A DNA stretch of 64,000 bases from an uncultured Gammaproteobacteria bacterium (GCA_963748215.1 CAVVHS010000007.1:352001-416000), one strand, 5' to 3'; numbered from the stretch's first letter, positions 39,283 to 50,266 are shown. The notes: generated by a model not told the origin, from the sequence alone. Numbers and translations are program-made.

Positions 39283-40242
39283 GTGATGAACGATACCCGC
39301 ACTTCCGACATTGCCGTGCTGGCGCACAACCCGGCCGTGGATATCAGCTACGAGGTGGCGCAACTGGTCGCCGATCGCAAGGTGCGCGCGGACCGTACCC
39401 GCTATTTTCCGGGCGGCAACGGCATCAATGTGGCCCGGGCGCTGGCCGAACTGGCGACGCCGTTTCGCTGTTGCAGCGTGGTCGGCGGCGAAAGCGGCGA
39501 TCTGCTGCTGCGCCTGCTCGGTGACCGGTTCGAAGACAATTACAGCATCTTCCGGGTCGCGGGCGAGACCCGGGTCAATGCCACCCTGCTGCAGAAGTCA
39601 CCACCGACCCAGTACGAGGTGGACAGTTGCGGGCCCGAGATACCGCCCGAAATCCTGGACGCTATGGATCGCTGTTTTCTTGCCGACTGCGGCAAAGGAT
39701 TCGGCGTGCTGAGCGGTTCGAACCCGCCCGGCGTACCGGATTCACATCGCCGCCTGCTGGCGGAACAGCTCGGGGCGCAGGGCGGCAGGGCGGTGGTGGA
39801 TGCCTACGGCCCGGTGTTGCAGGAGGCGTTGCAGGCGAACCCGTACCTGCTGCGGCTTAATCGCTACGTGCTGGAAATGACCACCATGCGGCGCCTGGAA
39901 AGCATCGAGGTGGTTGCCGCTGCCGCGCGCGAATTGCAGCAGGGCGGTGTCGAGATCGTCTGCATCTCGCTCGGGGCGGACGGCGCCATCCTGGCCGAGG
40001 CGCAGAACAGCTATCACTGTGCCGCGCCGCGCATGCACGTGCAGTCCACGGTCGGTTGTGGCGACGCGCTGCTGGCCGGCCTGGTGTCCGCTGCCGCGCA
40101 TGGCGCGGATGCACAGGCGATGCTGCGACTCGGTGTCGTGTGCGGCACGGCCACGGCCGCGCACCCGGGAACGGAATTGTTCAGCATCGAGGAAATCGAG
40201 CCTCTGTCCGCCCGGGTGCAGGTGACCGTGCTGGATATCTGA
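39283..40242 (+). CDS. PfkB/FruK-family hexose-phosphate kinase
   Basis: NPAVD, PGGNGINVAR, STVGCGDA. Confidence 0.87.
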   Translation: MMNDTRTSDIAVLAHNPAVDISYEVAQLVADRKVRADRTRYFPGGNGINVARALAELATPFRCCSVVGGESGDLLLRLLGDRFEDNYSIFRVAGETRVNATLLQKSPPTQYEVDSCGPEIPPEILDAMDRCFLADCGKGFGVLSGSNPPGVPDSHRRLLAEQLGAQGGRAVVDAYGPVLQEALQANPYLLRLNRYVLEMTTMRRLESIEVVAAAARELQQGGVEIVCISLGADGAILAEAQNSYHCAAPRMHVQSTVGCGDALLAGLVSAAAHGADAQAMLRLGVVCGTATAAHPGTELFSIEEIEPLSARVQVTVLDI

Positions 40243-40305
40243 TGGTGGGCCGGGTACCGTGGCATGAAAGGGTGACAACTATCCGTTCTGGTGGATTGGG
40301 GGTAG

Positions 40306-40347
40306 TTGACAAATATCAAGGCCGTGGTCTGCAAGCTCTGCTAGTAT
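40306..40347 (+). promoter_or_regulatory. FNR-type box with class II promoter geometry
   Basis: TTGAC-AAAT-ATCAA (40306-40319); TG-C-TAGTAT extended -10 at 40342-40347. Confidence 0.7.
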
Positions 40348-40398
40348 TTTAAATTGCCGGAGATTGTGCTGGTAGGCATGGCCCGGGGGGGGGCAGCC

Positions 40399-40587
40399 AT
40401 GAAAGACAAAAACACCACAGCCACGCAGGTCGCTCCGACTGACATCCTGAACGCCAGGAACAGCCTGGAGCTGATGTTGCTCGAATACGGCAACGTCCAT
40501 ATCGAAACACTTGGCCAGCTGCTCAGCCTGACCAGGACGGTTGAAATCGAATACTCGCATATTTGCGCCCACCGCCTTTGCCAATGA
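40399..40587 (+). CDS. Small hypothetical protein downstream of the FNR-type promoter
   Basis: 62 aa MKDKNTT...HICAHRLCQ; G-rich RBS region. Confidence 0.5.
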   Translation: MKDKNTTATQVAPTDILNARNSLELMLLEYGNVHIETLGQLLSLTRTVEIEYSHICAHRLCQ

Positions 40588-40627
40588 TGCGGGCGACCGC
40601 CCGCGGCGTACGCGGTAGCCCTGTCTC

Positions 40628-43216
40628 CTACAGCCAGCGCATCAATCCGCATTCCAGCGGATGACTGAGCTGATGGTGGCAGGGATAGTAGCGAATCTTG
40701 AACTGCTGCAGACCGCCCGCCGAACAGACATTCTCCATATCGAACAGATCGCAGCGGAACAGCGTGGCGCCGTCCGCGTGGGTGCCGGACAGGTAGAACA
40801 GCCGCTTGTGGGTCGTCTCGAAGTTCTCATCCTCGTCGATCCGCCCCAGGACGCATTCCACGACGATATCGTCCGGCTGCAGGCCATTGAGCTGCAGCGC
40901 CACTTCGAATGACAGCATTTCGCCGGCCTGGATCGTGGCCGGCACCGGCGAGACCAGCTGCCCGCGCACGGCCGGCCAGGCGCTGGCGACCTGCTGCTTC
41001 CAGGTCGCCAGCTCGCGTGCGCCTTCCGCCGCGTTGGCGGCCAGGCGACGGCCTTCGCGCGCCGCGGGGGAGTAGGACTGCGCCAGGTAATCCATGGCCA
41101 TGCGGATGGTGTTGAAACGCGGCAGGATCGTCTTCATCGAGGCGCGGGCGATGCGCAGCCATTCATCCGAGTAACCCTCGCCGTTACGCGTGTAGTAAGC
41201 GGGGATGACCTGGTATTCAAGAATGTTCATCAACTCCACCGCCTCCAGCTGCTCGCGGGTCTCGCGGTCGAACTCGGGGTGCGGCGTGATGCTCCAGCCA
41301 TTCTCGCCATTCCAGGCCTCGGCCCACCAGCCGTCGGTGACGCTGAGGTTGATGGCGCCGTTGATGGCGGCCTTCATGCCTGAGGTGCCGCAGGCCTCCA
41401 TCGGGTATTCCGGCGTGTTCAGCCAGACGTCGACGCCGGGCAGGAAATCGCGCGTCAGCGAGAGGTTGTAGTTCTCCAGCAGGATGACCCGGCCCTGGAA
41501 TTCCGGGAGCAGGCTGATTTCGAAAATCCTGCGCAGCAACGCCTGCCCCGGCTGGTCGTTGGGATGCGCCTTGCCGGCAAAGACCAGCGTGACCGGTCGC
41601 TGCGGGTCGTTGACCAGACGGGCCAGGCGTTCCAGGTCCCGGAAGATCAGGCCGGCACGCTTGTAGGTCGCGAAGCGGCGCGCGAAGCCGATCAGCAGGG
41701 TGTTGATGTTGCGCGAGGTCAGGTTCGCGGTGAGCCTGCTGGACAGCGACTTGGTGCGCGCACAGCGCTCGTATTGCTGCACTGCACGCTCCCGGATTTC
41801 GTCGATGGCCGCGGCCTTCAGCAGTTGCCGTACGCTGAGGAAGACGTGATCGGGGATCTGGTCGATGAAGCTGTCCCAGAACCCGGTGTCGGTCAGCTTG
41901 GCGCGCCAGCCGCCGCCCATGTACATCTCGAACAGCGCCACCCAGGAACCTGCCAGGTAGCTGTCCACATCGGCGCCGTTGGTGATGTAGCCCATGGGGT
42001 TTTCCGCGACCTGGATCTCCGGCCACGCGTACGACTCCATCTCCGCTGCAATACCGCCGTGGATCCGGCTGACACCGTTGCGGTAGCGCGAGCCGCGCAC
42101 GGCAAGCGAGGTGGTACAGAAACCGTTCGGGTCGCGCGGGTTCGCGCCCAGGGCGAGGAACTGCGCCTCGCTGATGCCCAGGTCATTGGCCGTGTTGCCG
42201 AAATAGTTGCGCATCATGCCGTGGTCGAACACATCGTGACCGGCGGTCACCGGCGTATGGGTGGTGAACGCCGTGGCGGCGGCCACCAGTTCCAGCGCAC
42301 TCGGGAAATCCAGGCCGCTCGTGACCTGCTCGTGGCAGCGCTCCAGTATCTGGAAGGCGGCATGGCCTTCGTTGATGTGCCAGACCGTGGGGTGCAGCTG
42401 CAGGGCGCGCAGGGCGCGCACGCCGCCGATGCCGAGAATGACTTCCTGCTGGATGCGGGTTTCGCGATAGCCGCCGTAGAGCTGTGCCGTCAATTCGCGA
42501 TCGGTCGGACTGTTGTCCTCGACGTCGCTGTCCAGCAGCAACAGGCGAATATGCCCGGCGCGCGCCTCCCAGACGCGCAGTACCAGGCTGCGTCCAGGGA
42601 GGTCGACGCGGACCTTCACTTCCTCGCCGTTGCTGTCCAGCGCCGGGGTTACCGGCAGGTCGCAGGGATCGCTGCGCCGGTAGGTGGCGATCTGGTTGCC
42701 ATTGCAGTCGAAGCGCTGCGTGAAATAGCCGTGCCGGTAAAGGATGCCGATGCCCACAAACGGCACCCACAGGTTGCTCATGGCCTTGCAGTAATCGGCG
42801 GCCAGGATGCCGAGCCCGCCGGCGTAGATGGGCATGCTTTCGTGGAAACCGTACTCGGCGGAGAAATAGGCGATCAGGTCGGCCTTCGAGTCAATGAGCC
42901 TCTCGATGCGCATGCTCGGCATCTGTTCCATGTAGGTATCGTAGCCGGACAGTGTTTGCCGGTATTCGGTCAGCAGGATCGGGTCCTGTGCCGCCTGGTT
43001 GATACGGTCCTGTCGCAGCCGGCGCAGGAATACCCGGGGATTGTGGTCGGAGGCATCCCAGCACTCGGGGTCCAGGTGGCGGAACAGGCGCCGGACGCTG
43101 CGATTCCAGCTGTAATACAGGTCATTGCCGAGCTCGCCAAGGCGTTCGAAGCGCCTGGGCAGGGTCGCCTGGATCTCTACACTGAAGGAAGTGCCGTTAC
43201 GGGTCTTGTCGTTCAT
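40628..43216 (-). CDS. glgP: Alpha-glucan (glycogen/maltodextrin) phosphorylase
   Basis: AYFSAEYG, YAGGLGILAAD, HINEGH, FARRFATYKRA, EACGTSGMKA (PLP lysine). Confidence 0.94.
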   Translation of the reverse strand: MNDKTRNGTSFSVEIQATLPRRFERLGELGNDLYYSWNRSVRRLFRHLDPECWDASDHNPRVFLRRLRQDRINQAAQDPILLTEYRQTLSGYDTYMEQMPSMRIERLIDSKADLIAYFSAEYGFHESMPIYAGGLGILAADYCKAMSNLWVPFVGIGILYRHGYFTQRFDCNGNQIATYRRSDPCDLPVTPALDSNGEEVKVRVDLPGRSLVLRVWEARAGHIRLLLLDSDVEDNSPTDRELTAQLYGGYRETRIQQEVILGIGGVRALRALQLHPTVWHINEGHAAFQILERCHEQVTSGLDFPSALELVAAATAFTTHTPVTAGHDVFDHGMMRNYFGNTANDLGISEAQFLALGANPRDPNGFCTTSLAVRGSRYRNGVSRIHGGIAAEMESYAWPEIQVAENPMGYITNGADVDSYLAGSWVALFEMYMGGGWRAKLTDTGFWDSFIDQIPDHVFLSVRQLLKAAAIDEIRERAVQQYERCARTKSLSSRLTANLTSRNINTLLIGFARRFATYKRAGLIFRDLERLARLVNDPQRPVTLVFAGKAHPNDQPGQALLRRIFEISLLPEFQGRVILLENYNLSLTRDFLPGVDVWLNTPEYPMEACGTSGMKAAINGAINLSVTDGWWAEAWNGENGWSITPHPEFDRETREQLEAVELMNILEYQVIPAYYTRNGEGYSDEWLRIARASMKTILPRFNTIRMAMDYLAQSYSPAAREGRRLAANAAEGARELATWKQQVASAWPAVRGQLVSPVPATIQAGEMLSFEVALQLNGLQPDDIVVECVLGRIDEDENFETTHKRLFYLSGTHADGATLFRCDLFDMENVCSAGGLQQFKIRYYPCHHQLSHPLECGLMRWL

Positions 43217-43254
43217 GGCGTCACCGGGTCAGGTCATGGGCTGGTGTGGCAATC

Positions 43255-44946
43255 TCAGGGTTCCGGTTCCATTACGATATAGGCCGATGGGCATTCGCGG
43301 GCACATATGCCGCAGCCCTTGCAGAAGTCGTAATCAAACACGTAGTACGAGCCGTCTTCGACCGGGCTGCGCGTCTTCAGCACCGCGACGTCCGGGCACA
43401 GGGTCCAGCAGTTGTCGCAGGCCAGGCAATTGCCGCAGGAAAGGCAGCGCAGGGCTTCCTGCGCTGCCTGCTGTGGCGCCAGACCGCCGATGATTTCGGC
43501 ATCGCCGACGCGCTCAGCGACAGCTAGTGTCGGTGCATGCTGGCGGGATTTCGGCTCGAAGTAATTCAGATTGATCTGCGCAGCCGTCACCGGGACTGCC
43601 GCGCGGTCATCGGGGTCGGCCTGACGCTGCACGTCGCGCGCCATGGCCAGCGCGGCGCGCCGCCCGTCGCCGATGGCGCCGCTCACCGTGCCACCGCCGC
43701 CACGCGCGTCGCCGCCGGTGTACAGACCCGGGTGTCCGCGGATGCGGCCATGTTCGCTGGCGGTAAGGAATTCACGCTGCCCGAGCAGCGAGGCCAGGCC
43801 GGCCGGGTCGACGGTCTGGCCGATGGCGGGTATGACCTGTTCGACATGCAGCAGGGTTTCCGTGCCTTCAAAGGAGACGGAGCGGGTGCTGTTGTCGGCC
43901 TCGTGCAGTTTTTTCCGGTGTACGAGTTCCAGGCCGACCACCTGTTCGCCGCGCAGCACCAGGCGCTGCACACCGCGGTGTTCGTGAATGATCACGCCTT
44001 CCTCCATGGCCTGCTCGATTTCACGCGCGATGGCCGGCATGGTGTCCGGCTGCTCGACGCCTGCGCGCGGCAGTGACTCGTGCGTGACCACGTGCACCGC
44101 CTCCACGCCACAGCGTTTGAGGATGCGCGCCAGGTCGATGGCCGTGTTGCCGCCGCCGATGATGGCCGCACTGGACCAGCCGGGCATCGAGCCGACATCC
44201 AGCCAGCGCTTCAGCAGGTCGAGTCCGACGTGCAGGTCGTGCGGCGTGGCACCGTCGATGTCCCAGTCACGGCTGCGCTGGGTGCCCGGCGCCAGAAACA
44301 CCGCCGCGTATTCGGCGTGCAGTTCATCGAGCGAGAAATCCCGCCCGAGCCGTTGCCCCGGGCGGAACGCGATACCGCTGGCCAGCAGGCGTTCGAGTTC
44401 CGGGTCGAGCACGTTGCGCGGCAGGCGGTAAGGTGGCAGGGCGCTGCGCAGCAGGCCGCCGGCTACCGGCAGGGCCTCGAACAGATCCACCCGGTAACCG
44501 AGCCGGGTCAGCTGCCAGGCCGCGGAACAACCGGCCGGTCCGCTGCCGACGACCGCTATGGCCTGTGCACCGTGCGCGACCGGCTGCGCCGGGTAGTCCC
44601 AGCCGGCGGCGATGGCCTGGTCACCCAGCCAGCGCTCCACGTGGTGGATGGCGATCGGTTCGTCGTAGTGGCCGCGGTTGCAGACCTGTTCGCAGGGATG
44701 GTGGCAGACCCGTCCGGTAATCGCGGGCAGCGGATTCGCCGCGACGATGGTTTCCCACGCCTCGCGGTATCGTTCTTCGGCGGCCAGTGCCAGCCAGGCC
44801 TGGCCGTCCTCGCCGGCCGGGCAGGCGGTGTGGCAGGGCGCCGGCCGGTGTTGATGCACCGGGCGTTCGATACGCCAGCTGCCGGTGTGGTAGCGCAGCG
44901 AGGTGCCCGGGTGTGCGAATGCGCCACGTGTCAGCTTCAGGCCCAC
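43255..44946 (-). CDS. PorD (delta) / GltD-NfnB-like FAD-NAD(P) oxidoreductase fusion with C-terminal 2x[4Fe-4S]
   Basis: N-terminal PGTS..YHTGSWR..RPV (PorD start), PCHTACPAG and GRVCHHPCEQVCNR FeS motifs, GSGPAG and GGGNTA Rossmann motifs, CLACDNCWTLCPD and DFCKGCGICARECP. Confidence 0.85.
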   Translation of the reverse strand: MGLKLTRGAFAHPGTSLRYHTGSWRIERPVHQHRPAPCHTACPAGEDGQAWLALAAEERYREAWETIVAANPLPAITGRVCHHPCEQVCNRGHYDEPIAIHHVERWLGDQAIAAGWDYPAQPVAHGAQAIAVVGSGPAGCSAAWQLTRLGYRVDLFEALPVAGGLLRSALPPYRLPRNVLDPELERLLASGIAFRPGQRLGRDFSLDELHAEYAAVFLAPGTQRSRDWDIDGATPHDLHVGLDLLKRWLDVGSMPGWSSAAIIGGGNTAIDLARILKRCGVEAVHVVTHESLPRAGVEQPDTMPAIAREIEQAMEEGVIIHEHRGVQRLVLRGEQVVGLELVHRKKLHEADNSTRSVSFEGTETLLHVEQVIPAIGQTVDPAGLASLLGQREFLTASEHGRIRGHPGLYTGGDARGGGGTVSGAIGDGRRAALAMARDVQRQADPDDRAAVPVTAAQINLNYFEPKSRQHAPTLAVAERVGDAEIIGGLAPQQAAQEALRCLSCGNCLACDNCWTLCPDVAVLKTRSPVEDGSYYVFDYDFCKGCGICARECPSAYIVMEPEP

Positions 44947-45911
44947 CGCAAGCCTCCGCGTCGCACCGTGTCGGCGCCCTCGCTGTCGCGCTTGTCCGAA
45001 CGGGTGCCGCGCAGGTTGTAGAGCTCGATGTTGTGGTTGGCCAGCGCCTGCAGGTGTTCCAGCTCCTCGCGCGCGCGGTCCTCGTCGGCGAACAGGTGCC
45101 GAAAGCGGTTTTGCAGTTTCAGATAGTCTGTAACCGGGCGCACCGTGCGGATCGGCATCGAGCCGGCGAGCCGGCCGCGCTCCAGTTCGATGATCGGGAA
45201 CAGGCCGGACTGCACGGCGAGCCGTGCTACCTCGATACTGAGCGCGCCGTCGTGGCCCCAGCCCAGCGGGCAGGGCGTGTGGATATGCAGGAAGGTCGGG
45301 CCGTCGATGGCGAGTGCGCGCCGTACCTTCTTGCGGATGTCGGAGGGATAGGCCACCGAACTGGTGGCGGCATACGGGATGTGGTGTGCGGCCACGATCG
45401 AGACGATGTCCTTTTTCAGATGGCGCTTGCCCATGCGTGCCTTGCCCGAGGGCGAGGTGGTGGTGACCGCGGCATGCGGCGTCGAGCTGGAGCGCTGGAT
45501 GCCGGTATTCATGTAGGCCTCGTTGTCGAAACACACGTGCAGCACGCTGTGGCCGCGCTCCAGCATGCCGGACAGCGCCTGGAAACCGATGTCGAAGGTG
45601 CTGCCGTCACCGCCCATCGAGATGACACGTGTGGTCTTGCCGCGCTGTTTCAGTGCCGCCTCCATGCCCGCGGCCACGGCGGGCGCGTTCTCGAACAGGG
45701 AGTGTATCCAGCCCACGCGCCAGGCCGACTCCGGCCAGGCGGTGGTGAACACCTCGAGACAGCCGGTGGCGTTAGCGTATACCACGTCCGGTCCGGCGGC
45801 CTCGGTCACCAGCCGTGCGGCCAGCGCCTCGCCGCAACCCTGGCAGGCACGGTGGCCGGCTTCCATGCCGGAGAATCGTGGTTGTGCATGACGCAGTTCG
45901 CGATGGCTCAT
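44937..45911 (-). CDS. porB: Pyruvate/2-oxoacid:ferredoxin oxidoreductase beta subunit
   Basis: GHRACQGCG, ATGCLEV, GGDGSTFDIG, DNEAYMNTGIQRS, TPCPLGW. Confidence 0.9.
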   Translation of the reverse strand: MSHRELRHAQPRFSGMEAGHRACQGCGEALAARLVTEAAGPDVVYANATGCLEVFTTAWPESAWRVGWIHSLFENAPAVAAGMEAALKQRGKTTRVISMGGDGSTFDIGFQALSGMLERGHSVLHVCFDNEAYMNTGIQRSSSTPHAAVTTTSPSGKARMGKRHLKKDIVSIVAAHHIPYAATSSVAYPSDIRKKVRRALAIDGPTFLHIHTPCPLGWGHDGALSIEVARLAVQSGLFPIIELERGRLAGSMPIRTVRPVTDYLKLQNRFRHLFADEDRAREELEHLQALANHNIELYNLRGTRSDKRDSEGADTVRRGGLRWA

Positions 45912-45946
45912 GGGGTCGGTCGAGTTTCCATGCAATGCTCCTGTGT

Positions 45947-47116
45947 TCAGCTGGCCGCCGGCAGCTTGTCCGGCTCCAGATCGATGATGTCAAAGGGGAT
46001 GCCGCTGCCGGCGCGCAGCGCCGCGTGAATGCGCGGGTAGATGTCGAGTGGCACGTCGCGGCCGCCGAGGCCGACACTGAAGTTGTGGACGCGCGGTGCA
46101 TCGCGCATCTCGGTCAGCGCGGCGCGGATCTCGGTACCGACGATGCCGCCGCTGCCCGGCGACAGCGCGCGTTCCAGCACCACCAGGTCGGTCAGTCCGG
46201 CGCACGCCTCGCGGATGGCTGCGGCGGGGAACGGGCGAAAGGTGCGCAGGGCCATCAGCCGCGTGGCAGGAAGGTCCTGATAGTGTTCCCGCGCGGCCGT
46301 CAGCGTGCCGGCGATGGAACCCAGTGTCAGGATGCCGGTGCGGGCATCCGGCATGTCATGGATGCACAGCAGCGGGTTCTGCCGACGGCCGCAGACGTCT
46401 TCCCAGGCCGCGGCCGCGGCCACGATCGCCTGCTGGGCATTGAGCAGCGCCTGGTGATGGTCCTGACGTGCCTCGGTGTAGAATTCCGGCGAGACCAGCG
46501 TGCCGATGCTGATCGGGTTGGCGGGGTCGAGCCGGCGCTCGAAATTGAACGGTGGCAGGAAACGGTCGACCTGCTGCTGGTCCGGAATGTCGAGTACTTC
46601 CAGCGTGTGCGTCAGGGTGAAGCCATCGACGCACACCATGACCGGCAGTTCCGTCTGCTCGGCGATGTGGTAGGCCTGGATAGTGGTGTCCACGGCATCC
46701 TGGTTGGTGGTGCAGTAGATCTGGATCCAGCCGGCATCACGCACCGCCATGGAGTCCTGCTGGTCATTCCAGATCGACAGCGGCCCCGACACCGCGCGAT
46801 TGGCGCAGGTCATTACCATCGGCAGGCGCAGGCCGGCGATGTTGAAGAGCACTTCGCTCATCAGCAGGATGCCCTGGGAGGAACTGGCGGTATAGGCACG
46901 GGCGCCGGCCGCGACGGCACCCAGCACCACCGAGGCGGCGGAGAACTCGCTTTCCACACTCACCAGCTCGCAGTCCAGTACACCGTCCGCGACCAGCTTC
47001 GACAGGTTTTCGACAATGTGGGTCTGCGGTGTGATCGGGTACGCGGCGATGACCTGGGGACGGCACAGCGCCACGGTGCGGGCCAGTGCCTGGGAACCTT
47101 CAAGCGCGTACTGCAT
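45947..47116 (-). CDS. porA: Pyruvate/2-oxoacid:ferredoxin oxidoreductase alpha subunit
   Basis: AAYPITPQT, VESEFSA, TASSSQG, DGFTLTH, GLGGRD. Confidence 0.9.
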   Translation of the reverse strand: MQYALEGSQALARTVALCRPQVIAAYPITPQTHIVENLSKLVADGVLDCELVSVESEFSAASVVLGAVAAGARAYTASSSQGILLMSEVLFNIAGLRLPMVMTCANRAVSGPLSIWNDQQDSMAVRDAGWIQIYCTTNQDAVDTTIQAYHIAEQTELPVMVCVDGFTLTHTLEVLDIPDQQQVDRFLPPFNFERRLDPANPISIGTLVSPEFYTEARQDHHQALLNAQQAIVAAAAAWEDVCGRRQNPLLCIHDMPDARTGILTLGSIAGTLTAAREHYQDLPATRLMALRTFRPFPAAAIREACAGLTDLVVLERALSPGSGGIVGTEIRAALTEMRDAPRVHNFSVGLGGRDVPLDIYPRIHAALRAGSGIPFDIIDLEPDKLPAAS

Positions 47117-47675
47117 GTGGACCCTCCTGCCAGGCGCCGGTATCGACCTCCGCCGCGGCGCGTTCGACCAGTTGCCGGTTTTTTTCGAGTACTGCGCCAT
47201 GGAAACGCTCGCCCAGGGCCTTGAGCAGCGCACTGCGCGGCAGCAGGCCGGTCAGTTCCAGGAACGCCGATAACAGCGCGGTATTCGGTACCGGCCGGCC
47301 GAGAATTTCCTGCGCCATTGCGCCGGCCGGCAGGGCGACGACGTTGCAACCCAGTTGTTCGGCGAGTTCGGCACTGGTGCGGTTCGAGTTGACCAGTATC
47401 GCACCGCCGGTCTGCAGTCCCGCCGTGATGTCAGACAGGTGCAGCAGGGTGTCGTCCTGTACGATGAGGAAGGCAGGTTCAAGTACCTGGCAGCGGCGCC
47501 GGATCGGCCGGTCGGCGATGCGCACGAACGCCGTGACCGGAGCGCCGCGCCGTTCGGCGCCGAAATTCGGGAACGCCTGCGGGTAGAGACCTTCCTCGAA
47601 GGCCGCGGCGGCAAGCAGGTAGGCGGCGACCACATTGCCCTGGCCGCCGCGGCCGTGGATACGGATTTCGATCAT
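47100..47675 (-). CDS. porC: Pyruvate/2-oxoacid:ferredoxin oxidoreductase gamma subunit
   Basis: EIRIHGRGGQG, FGAERRGAPV. Confidence 0.9.
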   Translation of the reverse strand: MIEIRIHGRGGQGNVVAAYLLAAAAFEEGLYPQAFPNFGAERRGAPVTAFVRIADRPIRRRCQVLEPAFLIVQDDTLLHLSDITAGLQTGGAILVNSNRTSAELAEQLGCNVVALPAGAMAQEILGRPVPNTALLSAFLELTGLLPRSALLKALGERFHGAVLEKNRQLVERAAAEVDTGAWQEGPHAVRA

Positions 47676-47744
47676 GGTCCCTTCAGAATCCCCATCGGGG
47701 ACAGACCCCGTTTTCCATAAAAAACACGGCCTGTCCCACGTATG

Positions 47745-50170
47745 TCAGTCCGCCAGTGCCGGTTCGCGTTGGGTTTCTCCCTCGATGTCCAGCACGACCT
47801 GCGTCATCTTCATCACGCTGTCCGGGTTCAGCGAAATGGACTCGATGCCCTGATCGACCAGCCAGCGTGTGATTTCGGGAAAATCGGACGGGGCCTGGCC
47901 GCAGATGCCGATATACTTGCCGGATTCGCGGCAGGCGCGAATGGCCATTTCCATCAGCGCCAGCACCGCCGGGTTGCGTTCGTCGTAGCCGGTCAGGATG
48001 CCGGAGTCGCGATCCACGCCCAGGGTCAGCTGGGTGAGGTCGTTGGAGCCGATGGAGAAGCCGTCGCAGTGCTCGAGGAACTGCTTCGCGCGCACGGCAT
48101 TGGCGGGTATTTCGCACATCAGCTTGACCTTCAGGCCGTGTTCACCGCGGCGCAGCCCGTAGTTTGCCATCAGTCCCAGCACCAGCTGCACCTCTTCCAC
48201 GGTGCGCGCGAACGGGATCATGAGTTCGAGATTGTCCAGGCCCATCTCCTCGCGTACCTTCACCATCGCCGCGCATTCCAGTGCGAAGCAGTCCGAGAAA
48301 GACTCCGAGTGATAGCGCGAGGCGCCGCGGAAACCGATCATCGGGTTTTCCTCGACCGGTTCGAAGGCACGGCCACCGAGCAGGGCGGCATATTCATTGG
48401 ACTTGAAATCGCTCATGCGCACCGTCACCGGCTTTGGATAGAACGCCGCGGCAATGGTGCCGACACCCTCGGCAAGGCGGTCGATGTAGAAGTCGCGCGG
48501 GCTGGCATAGCCATGGATGCGCGGCGCGATTTCGTTACGGATGTCCTCCGGCAGGCTGTCGTACTCCAGCAGCGCGCGCGGGTGGATGCCGATGGTGTTG
48601 TTGATGATGAATTCGAGGCGCGCCAGTCCGACACCGGCGTTGGGCAGGGCGGAGAATTCCAGCGCCTGCACCGGGTTGCCGACGATCAGCATGACCTTGG
48701 TGCGCGGTGTCGCCAGCCCGGTCAGGTTAACCGACTCCTTGGTGAAGGGCAGTATGCCCTCGTAGACAAAACCGGTATCGCCCTCGACGCAGGACACCGT
48801 GACCTCCGTGCCGTCGTGTATTTCATGGGTTGCGTCACCGGCACCGACTACCGCGGGGATGCCGAGTTCGCGCGCCACGATGGCGGCATGGCAGACACGA
48901 CCACCGCGATTGGTGACAATGGCGCTGGCGATCTTCATCACCGGTTCCCAGTCCGGGTCGGTGATATCGGTCACCAGCACCTCGCCGGGCTGCAGGTCGT
49001 GCATGTGTGCGGCCTCGAGGATGATGCGCGCCTTGCCGGCGCCGATCTTGGCACCGACGGCCTTGCCCTGCGACAGCACCGGGCCGCGTTGCTGCAGGGT
49101 GAAGATGTCCTGGAAGGCGCCGGTGCGGATGGAATGCACCGTTTCCGGACGCGCCTGCACGATGAACAGCTCGCCGCTTTCGCCGTCCTTCGCCCACTCG
49201 ATGTCCATGGGCCGCGACTTGCCGGCCGATGCCGAGTAGTGTTTCTCGATGACTACGGCGTAGCGCGCCAGGGTGAGTATCTCGTCGTCGCTGATCGCGA
49301 ACTTGCGCGCGTTCCTCCTTTTTCACGGCGACGTTGCGCGTGGCCGCGGCGGTGACCGGGTCGCGCGTGTAGATCATCTTGATGGCCTTCTCGCCGAGGT
49401 GACGGCGGATGATGGGCCGGTGGCCGGATTCGAGCGTGGGCTTGAACACCAGGAACTCGTCCGGGTTGACCGCGCCCTGCACCACGTTCTCGCCCAGGCC
49501 ATAGGCCGCCGTGATCATGACCACGTCGCGGAAGCCGCTTTCGGTGTCGAGCGTGAACATCACGCCCGAGCTGGCCAGGTCGGAACGCACCATCTTCTGC
49601 ACGCCGATCGATAATGCGATGCTCATGTGATCGAAGCCCTTGTCCACGCGGTAGTGGATGGCGCGATCGGTGAATAATGAGGCCAGCACGCGCTTGCAGG
49701 TACGCAGCAGCTGCTCGATGCCGCGAATGTTCAGGTAGGTCTCCTGCTGGCCGGCGAACGAGGCGTCCGGCAGGTCCTCGGCGGTGGCGGAACTGCGTAC
49801 CGCTACGTCGGGCTCATTGCCGTACTCGATGGCCATGTCCTGGTAGGCGGCCTGGATTTCCTCGGCCAGTTGCGGCGGCAACTCGCCGTCGATCATCCAG
49901 CCGCGGATCTGCGCGCCGGTGACGGCCAGTGCGTCGACATCATCCATGTCCAGCGTTTCGAGTGCCTCGCGGATGCGGGCATCGAGCTTGTTGTGCGTCG
50001 AGGTAGTCGCGATAGGCCTGCGCGGTCGTGGCGAAACCATTCGGTACCTTGACGCCCTGGCCTGACAGCGTGCGATACATTTCACCGAGCGAGGCATTCT
50101 TGCCGCCGACCAGCGGTACGTCAGCGATGCCGAGTTCATTGAAACGTCGAATATAGGTCAAGGATTGCAT
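47745..50170 (-). CDS. ppsA: Phosphoenolpyruvate synthase; two +1 frameshifts (~49995, ~49310)
   Basis: [66 protein letters not shown] spread over three ORFs. Confidence 0.92.
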
Positions 50171-50266
50171 CAGAGGTGGACCTCGTTTGTTTTGTTAAGG
50201 GTATGGGTAGAGTGCATTGTGCCCACAATGCCCCTGCGTAATTGCCACATCATTCGACCTGTCGTA

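Noticed and set aside
49300-50000. Two frameshifts in ppsA suggesting a dead gene
   Set aside because: All motifs are intact with no other decay; each break is one extra base (one in a CGCGCG run). Treated as probable assembly indels, but true inactivation cannot be excluded.
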